Source: Candidatus Cloacimonadota bacterium
GTDB lineage: Bacteria > Cloacimonadota > Cloacimonadia > Cloacimonadales > PWNZ01
DNA: 64,000 bases
Assembly (NCBI GenBank): GCA_003564155.1
Contig: PWOA01000103.1
Coordinates: 9,875-73,874 of the forward strand
Direction of reading: 5' to 3'
Shown here: positions 55,203 through 61,599 of the stretch, one piece after another
Numbering within the stretch: the first letter of the stretch is position 1
Layout of the letters: each line of letters opens with the position of its first letter
Made by a program: the position numbers and the translations under genes
The notes under the pieces: generated by a model
Database searches by the model: none
Told to the model about the DNA's origin: nothing
Seen by the model: only the letters and a program-made list of their open reading frames with translations

Positions 55203-57860
55203 ATGGAACTCATAATAAGTCATTCCAATTGCGATTTTGATAGTTTTGCTTCAATGGTAGCTGCTTCTCTTCTTTATCCTGAAGCTAAAATATGTATGGT
55301 AGGATCACCTGAAACTAATCTCAAACTGTTCTTAAATGATAACGAGTATCGTTTTAACTTAATCAAGGAAAAAAATGTTAACCCTTTAGAGATAACAAAA
55401 CTAATTATACTTGATAACAGAGATCCCAAGAGGATGGGGAAAATCGGACAGTATCTTATAGATATCCAAGATAAACAACCTAAAACAAAAAAACCTGTTA
55501 TAATCTGCTATGATCACCATCCCGACACAGAAGATGATATAATAAGTGATTACACTCATACGGAATTAACCGGAGCTTGTACCACTATATTGTTAAGTTT
55601 TATCAACCGATGTGGTATACAACTGACTCCTTTTCAAGCTTCGGTATTTGCCCTCGGCATCTACGAAGATACCGGTAATTTTCTTAACGTTAATACTACA
55701 CATAAAGATTTAGCAGCTGCATCTTTTCTTTTTACTGTTGGAGCATCTTTGGATTTCATAAAATCTTATTTACCGAAAGATTTTACCTCGCAGCAGTTAG
55801 CTATTATCAATCAAATGATATCGAACTGTGAAACGATAATTTTAAAAGGTATAACGGTATCTTTTATCCAAATTAAGATAGAATTATCAGGTTTTCATGA
55901 TGATTTAGCATGGCTTTTACAAACAGTAAAAGCCAGTCGCAACTTAAAACTGGTTTTCTGTTTTGCGGTTAGAAGAAATAAGCTACATATTATTGCCCGT
56001 AATGACTATGATTTTATCCATCTGGATAAAATCATGTATAACTTAGGTGGGGGCGGACATAAATCAGCAGGTTTTGCTTCTATGGATGTTAAAGATGGAG
56101 ATAAAAGAGAGTATTTACATCACAAAAAAAATGAGATTATTAACCAACTTGAACAACAAATACTCAAATATGGTATAGTTGCAAACATCATGACAAGCCC
56201 TGCAGATACTGTGTCTCCCGATACTCCGATTCATGCAGCACGAAACCTTTTACTTAATAATAATTATAGTACAGTTTTGGTGGCTATAAATAATGAGGTT
56301 GTTGGAATATTAACAAAAAAAGATATTGGTAAAGCTATCCATCATAATATGGGTTCTTTACATGTTGAAAATTGTATGTCGGTCAATGTGATAACCGTTA
56401 GGGAGGATGAATCTGTCTATAATGCTTATAAAATGTTGATTGATTACGGCATTGGCAGGTTACCGGTTATCGATGATAAGGGACAATTGGCAGGTATTAT
56501 AACTCGTAGCGATCTGCTGATTCATCATTATCAGTTTATAACAGCCCGGAAAATTGATACTACCGACTTTGATAATGTAAAAGGGATAATGCATAAAAAT
56601 ATTGATAAAAAAATTATTGAACAACTTAAACAAGCCGGTCATATTGCTGACATATTACGCATGAATGCATACGTAGTCGGTGGCTTTGTCAGAGATCTTA
56701 TTTTGCAACAGCCGAATTATGACTTGGATATTGTTGTTGAAGGAGATGGTTTAGTCTTTGCCCAAGAATATTGCCGGAAATTCGGTAGACATATTAAGAC
56801 ATTTCCTAAGTTCGGAACTGCCTTTGTAACACAAAAAAATGGGAAAAGTATTGATATATCTACTGCCAGAACAGAGCACTATCCCACTGTTGGTTGTCTG
56901 CCTGAAGTTAGATTTTCACGAATCCAAAACGACCTTTTCAGACGAGATTTTACAATTAATAGTTTAGCTATCCAAATAAATCCTAATGTTTTCGGGAGAC
57001 TTTATGATTTTTATGGGGGCAGAAGAGATCTTAAACTAGGTTATATCAGAGTACTGAATAATTTCAGTTTTATGGAAGACCCTATCAGGATTTTGAGAGC
57101 GATTCGTTTTGAACAAAGATTTGGCTTTATTATTGATGAAAAAACAACTTACTTACTGCGTAAAAGTCTACAGCTTTTAAGTTTAAAAAATGTTTCTCCT
57201 GAAAGAATCAAAGCAGAGTTAATTTATTCATGTAAGAAAGGACCCGTTGACAAGTTTTTTTCCCGGTTAGAAGAATTAGAAATACTTAAACAGATCAACC
57301 GTAATATTTCATTCACATCACATAATAAAATTATCTGTCAACGTTTGTCTGAAATCATTATTTGGTTCCAAAATAGTTTTCCAAAAGAAAACATCGATGA
57401 ATGGATTTGTTATCATCTTGCTTTGATAAACGGATTATCTTTACGGATAAAAAATAAATTTGCCAGAAGCTTTAAATATTCCTCGAAATTTATCGAATCA
57501 GTGATAAAAACTGACTATATTTGCAGAAATATTCTTCCATCATTAGTTCATTATATTGATGAAGGGGAAATTGCTATAGAGCTTAAAAAACTTAATATGG
57601 AATCGATTCTTTTTATTGTTGCTCTTTGCGAGAATAAAAACATAAAAGATAATATTATTCGCTATATTACAATTAACCGCTTTATTAAAACAGAGTTGGA
57701 TGGTAATGATTTAATGAAAATTGGACTTCAACAAGGTAAAGATGTTGGTATTGTTCTTAAAGAGTTGCTCAAGGGGAAAATTAACCAAAAGTTTAAAGAT
57801 AGTAAGGATGAGATTGAATATGTTAAGCACTTTATCTGTGAAAATGATAGAGTGAATTAA
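55203..57860 (+). CDS. DHH/DHHA1 phosphoesterase + tandem CBS + class II tRNA nucleotidyltransferase (CCA-adding enzyme/poly(A) polymerase family) fusion protein
   Basis: The DHH motifs are HSNCDFDSF and CYDHHPD, and the DHHA1 motif is GGGGHKSAAG. Two CBS modules follow. The PolyA_pol head carries VVGGFVRD, DLDIVVEG, RTEHY and RRDFTINSLA. Confidence 0.85.
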   Translation: MELIISHSNCDFDSFASMVAASLLYPEAKICMVGSPETNLKLFLNDNEYRFNLIKEKNVNPLEITKLIILDNRDPKRMGKIGQYLIDIQDKQPKTKKPVIICYDHHPDTEDDIISDYTHTELTGACTTILLSFINRCGIQLTPFQASVFALGIYEDTGNFLNVNTTHKDLAAASFLFTVGASLDFIKSYLPKDFTSQQLAIINQMISNCETIILKGITVSFIQIKIELSGFHDDLAWLLQTVKASRNLKLVFCFAVRRNKLHIIARNDYDFIHLDKIMYNLGGGGHKSAGFASMDVKDGDKREYLHHKKNEIINQLEQQILKYGIVANIMTSPADTVSPDTPIHAARNLLLNNNYSTVLVAINNEVVGILTKKDIGKAIHHNMGSLHVENCMSVNVITVREDESVYNAYKMLIDYGIGRLPVIDDKGQLAGIITRSDLLIHHYQFITARKIDTTDFDNVKGIMHKNIDKKIIEQLKQAGHIADILRMNAYVVGGFVRDLILQQPNYDLDIVVEGDGLVFAQEYCRKFGRHIKTFPKFGTAFVTQKNGKSIDISTARTEHYPTVGCLPEVRFSRIQNDLFRRDFTINSLAIQINPNVFGRLYDFYGGRRDLKLGYIRVLNNFSFMEDPIRILRAIRFEQRFGFIIDEKTTYLLRKSLQLLSLKNVSPERIKAELIYSCKKGPVDKFFSRLEELEILKQINRNISFTSHNKIICQRLSEIIIWFQNSFPKENIDEWICYHLALINGLSLRIKNKFARSFKYSSKFIESVIKTDYICRNILPSLVHYIDEGEIAIELKKLNMESILFIVALCENKNIKDNIIRYITINRFIKTELDGNDLMKIGLQQGKDVGIVLKELLKGKINQKFKDSKDEIEYVKHFICENDRVN

Positions 57861-58048
57861 CACTAAATACGATTATAAATATTATGTGCAACACTTTGAA
57901 TGGGACATTATTATCTCAAGAGTTCCAACTCTGGAGATTGAAAACATATTACGAATATTATTGAATATTTGTTGAAAAAACATGGCAACAAGTCGCACGA
58001 ATATTGTTAATTCCGTCAATATATCAATTATTTTGAAGGAGCTTCTTT

Positions 58049-58552
58049 ATGGAGAAAAAGATAGTTGTAAATGATTTAATGCAGAATGGCTACGAATACA
58101 CTCTAGTAGAACCTATAGGTAAAAACTTTTCTAATGAGTTCACCCCTGAATTGACTCCAGCTCAAATGATGGAACTTGGTGTTTTTGGTGGCAAGTATAT
58201 TACAGATTGTAGAAATGAGTTTCCGGAGGAGTGGTTTTTTAATGCTAAGTTATGTCATGAAAAACATGACCCGAATTTAAACTTTTTCAAGATCAATGCC
58301 TCACAGCCATTAAGTTATTGGAGAAACAAGGGTTGGATATATTGGGAAGACCCGCGGGGATGGTTTCAATGGTATTGCAGGTACTATATGGGCAGAAGAT
58401 GCCCTGACGACAATCGACAGATCAAACGGTGGCGAGCAATGAAACGACATATTGGACAGATCGTGAAAAATTGCACTCAAGGCGATTGGTACTGCCGTAG
58501 AAAACAAAGGCAGGCACTTTTGCACTGGGCATACGATAGTCGTAGAATTTAA
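58049..58552 (+). CDS. conserved-looking Trp/Arg/Cys-rich hypothetical protein
   Basis: A 167-aa ORF with GGAG upstream. Low-complexity-free sequence with distinctive blocks (GVFGGKYITD, DPRGWFQWYCRYYMGRRCPDDNRQIKRWRAMKRH). I cannot name the family. Confidence 0.5.
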   Translation: MEKKIVVNDLMQNGYEYTLVEPIGKNFSNEFTPELTPAQMMELGVFGGKYITDCRNEFPEEWFFNAKLCHEKHDPNLNFFKINASQPLSYWRNKGWIYWEDPRGWFQWYCRYYMGRRCPDDNRQIKRWRAMKRHIGQIVKNCTQGDWYCRRKQRQALLHWAYDSRRI

Positions 58553-58937
58553 AAATCTTACATAAACAAGCAGCTTTCATTTGCGAAGAAGAATGTCCGG
58601 GTTTTTGTATATTTTTATTATCTTTTCTAAATGAGATTACTGTTTATAACCAAAGTTAGATAAATTATGAACAGTTAACACTGAAAGGATCCAGTTATAA
58701 CGTTTAGCGATATATAATTTTAGTATGCTAAGGAAACAGATGCTTTATTGAGATTGACTGATGTATGAACTTATATGGCTCATTTACATTAATATGTCTC
58801 TACTCGAAAAAGTGAGTTATTTATAGTTAAAATGGTAACTTTTATTTTTTATGATTGTTGTCTTACGTTTTTACTTCTTGACTAAATGACCTGGTGATAA
58901 TAGTCTCATGTCTAATGAATAATAGAGGTAATAATAA

Positions 58938-59396
58938 TTGGGAGAAAAAGATAGACATTTTCATTTAGGTTCCAGTATAAAGGGGATATATCGTTACGAT
59001 GGCAAGAAAAAAGTACTTCGTCCTCTTATAGGAATGAATGTACCGGCAGGTTTCCCTTCTCCGGCGCAGGATTATATTGAAGACACTTTAGATCTGAACG
59101 ACTATCTAGTCCCTCATCCTAATTCTACTTATTTTGTAAGAGTGGAAGGTGATTCAATGATAGATGCCGGCATATTACCTGATGACATACTAGTTGTCGA
59201 TAGATCATTAGAAGCATCTAATAACAAAGTAGTTATAGCTGTTGTTGACAATGAACTAACCGTTAAAAGATTAAAGATAGATAATAAGAAATGCTATTTA
59301 GTTCCGGATAACAAGAGCTATGATTCGATTGAGATAGAAGACTGGATGGATTTAAAGATATGGGGATTAGTTACATATGCTATTCATAAGTTGTAA
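58938..59396 (+). CDS. umuD: UmuD-like S24 self-cleaving peptidase (translesion polymerase accessory subunit)
   Basis: The putative cleavage site is PA-GFPSPAQDY. The Ser nucleophile lies in GDSMIDAG and the Lys in TVKRLK. It starts at TTG with GAGG 9 nt upstream and has no HTH domain. Confidence 0.85.
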   Translation: MGEKDRHFHLGSSIKGIYRYDGKKKVLRPLIGMNVPAGFPSPAQDYIEDTLDLNDYLVPHPNSTYFVRVEGDSMIDAGILPDDILVVDRSLEASNNKVVIAVVDNELTVKRLKIDNKKCYLVPDNKSYDSIEIEDWMDLKIWGLVTYAIHKL

Positions 59397-59432
59397 TTAT
59401 TATTTGATTATGTTAATAATCGCAGGTAGTAA

Positions 59433-60860
59433 ATGAATATATATGCTCTCGTAGACTGTAATCACTTTTATGTGTCTTGTGAAAGAGTATTTAGACCGGA
59501 TTTAGAGAACAAACCGGTAGCAGTTCTTTCCAACAATGATGGATGTATTGTAGCTTTATCTCCTGAGGTCAAGAAACTGGGAATTAAACGAGGAACTCCT
59601 TGGTTCAAAATCAAGCACCTTATCCGTAAACATAATATTGAAATATTCTCTTCTAACTATACACTTTATGGTGATTTATCCTTAAGAGTAATGTCAATAT
59701 TAGAAAGATTTACACCCGACTTAGAAGTATATTCAATTGATGAAGCATTTCTCGACTTGACGGGAATAGCAGAGCATGATCTCATCGAATACGGTAAAAA
59801 AATAAAAAAAGCTGTTCTTAAATGTACAGGTATACCGGTTTCAATTGGTATAGCTCCCACAAAAACATTAGCTAAAGCTGCAAATATATTAGCAAAAAAG
59901 AATAAAAGTAACTTAGGGGTTTTTGTTATTGATAATGAACAAGTCCGACGGAAGGTTCTGGAAGCTGCTGATTGCAAAAATATCTGGGGTATTGGTTATC
60001 GTTATGCGGAGAAACTAAAACGTAATGGGATAAACAATGCCTGGCAATTAACTCAGGTTGATGATAACTGGATATTAAAAAATATGACAGTAATTGGTTT
60101 GAGGATGGTTAATGAACTGCGAGGTAAGCCTCACATTGAAAATATAGAAAACAATAATATCTCCTGCATAAATAAAGTGAAAGAAGAAAATTCAGATTAT
60201 ACTTGTTTCAAACACCGGGATGGGGTAAGAGATAGTCAAAAATCTGTATCAATTAGTAAAGTACAAGGTAGTGATTTATTGAAAAAAAGTTATGAAGAAC
60301 CGCGTAAAAGTATAGTTTCTTCACGCTCTTTTGGCAAACCGGTTACAGATATAAATGAGTTGGGTGAAGCTCTTTCATCGTATTGTATTACTGCATTATA
60401 CAAGTTACGTCAACAAAACTCCGCAGCGAAGAGAATAACAATATTTTTGACTACCAATCCTTTCAAGGACGAGCCTCAGTACGCTAATTACCGAGAAGCA
60501 ATACTTCCCGGTTATTCGGCTTATCCACCCGATTTTTGCAATATATCTCAAGAAATTCTCAAAGCTATCTATCGTAAAGGTTATAAGTACAAAAAAGTTG
60601 GTGTTATGATAACTGAGATTATCCGGCAAGAAGATGTACCCCAAGATATTTTTATAAGTTCTTATCCCGACGATTATCGCTCTGATGTCATGAAATGTGT
60701 AGATAATATTAATAGTAAATGGGGACAGGGCACTTTAACATTTGCAGGAGCAGGGATAAAACAAAACTGGAGAATGCGGCGGGATTTACTTTCTCCAAAG
60801 TATACCACTTCATTTGCTGAATTACCAGTTGTCAAAGCCAATAGATGTAAGGATATTTAA
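59433..60860 (+). CDS. umuC: Y-family DNA polymerase UmuC (Pol V catalytic subunit-like)
   Basis: Motifs are ALVDCNHFYVSCE, SNNDGCIVA, YSIDEAFLDLTG and SIGIAPTKTLAKAAN. It lies immediately downstream of umuD. An insertion of ~50 aa lies before the little-finger segment SSRSFG. Confidence 0.92.
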   Translation: MNIYALVDCNHFYVSCERVFRPDLENKPVAVLSNNDGCIVALSPEVKKLGIKRGTPWFKIKHLIRKHNIEIFSSNYTLYGDLSLRVMSILERFTPDLEVYSIDEAFLDLTGIAEHDLIEYGKKIKKAVLKCTGIPVSIGIAPTKTLAKAANILAKKNKSNLGVFVIDNEQVRRKVLEAADCKNIWGIGYRYAEKLKRNGINNAWQLTQVDDNWILKNMTVIGLRMVNELRGKPHIENIENNNISCINKVKEENSDYTCFKHRDGVRDSQKSVSISKVQGSDLLKKSYEEPRKSIVSSRSFGKPVTDINELGEALSSYCITALYKLRQQNSAAKRITIFLTTNPFKDEPQYANYREAILPGYSAYPPDFCNISQEILKAIYRKGYKYKKVGVMITEIIRQEDVPQDIFISSYPDDYRSDVMKCVDNINSKWGQGTLTFAGAGIKQNWRMRRDLLSPKYTTSFAELPVVKANRCKDI

Positions 60861-60874
60861 AAAGGATTAACAAT

Positions 60875-61537
60875 ATGTGTGGTAGATTTGCTCTATTTTC
60901 TGATATGATGACAATAATTAAATACTGTGATGCTTTAACCGGAAAGATTATGTGGCATCCATGTTATAACATACCACCTGGTAGTGATGTACCATTAATA
61001 GTTAAAGAGAACAATTCTCAAGTTCTTTCTTTGGTAAGGTGGGGATTTCTGCCACATTTTAGAAATGGTTCGAAAGTCATAACCTTTAATATTATAAATG
61101 CTAAAGCAGAAACTGTTGCAGAGAAGAGTGTGTTCAAGGATGCATTTGAAAATAACAGATGCTTAATTCCTGCTAATGGATTTTATGAATGGCGATCTAA
61201 TGATAAGCAACCATATTTTTTCACTCTCAAAGATCAGCAGCTCTTTTTTTTTGCTGGGATTAGAAGCGGTACAATTATGCAAAAAAAAGATGTTCACGTA
61301 GATACTTTTGCGATAATTACTACCACAGCTAATGATTTAGTACAAAGAGTTCACCACAGAATGCCTGCCATCTTAAAAGAAGAACATATTGGAGATTGGC
61401 TTTTTACAAAGGATGTTAAGAAGTTACAAAATATGCTTAATCCTTATGATAGCAGTGCAATGTCTAGTATACCGGTATCACGTGAAGTAAATAATACTCA
61501 CAACAACTATCCTCAGCTAATAAATCCTCTTGATTAG
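60875..61537 (+). CDS. SOS response-associated peptidase (SRAP; YedK/HMCES family abasic-site sensor)
   Basis: The catalytic N-terminus is MCGRF. Other motifs are YNIPPG, RWGFLP, INAKAETV, PANGFYEW and HHRMPAIL. Confidence 0.9.
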   Translation: MCGRFALFSDMMTIIKYCDALTGKIMWHPCYNIPPGSDVPLIVKENNSQVLSLVRWGFLPHFRNGSKVITFNIINAKAETVAEKSVFKDAFENNRCLIPANGFYEWRSNDKQPYFFTLKDQQLFFFAGIRSGTIMQKKDVHVDTFAIITTTANDLVQRVHHRMPAILKEEHIGDWLFTKDVKKLQNMLNPYDSSAMSSIPVSREVNNTHNNYPQLINPLD

Positions 61538-61599
61538 ATGATAACCGGATAGTAAACTTACTTAAAAATAGTGAAATTTTATAGATAATTAGGAATATT

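Noticed and set aside
58553-58937. A search for a LexA/SOS box upstream of umuD.
   Set aside because: Only short generic inverted repeats were found: CAGT-N4-ACTG at 58672-58683 and ACAT-N4-ATGT at 58786-58797. Neither matches the CTGT-N8-ACAG or GAAC-N4-GTTC type boxes, and such repeats are expected by chance in AT-rich DNA.
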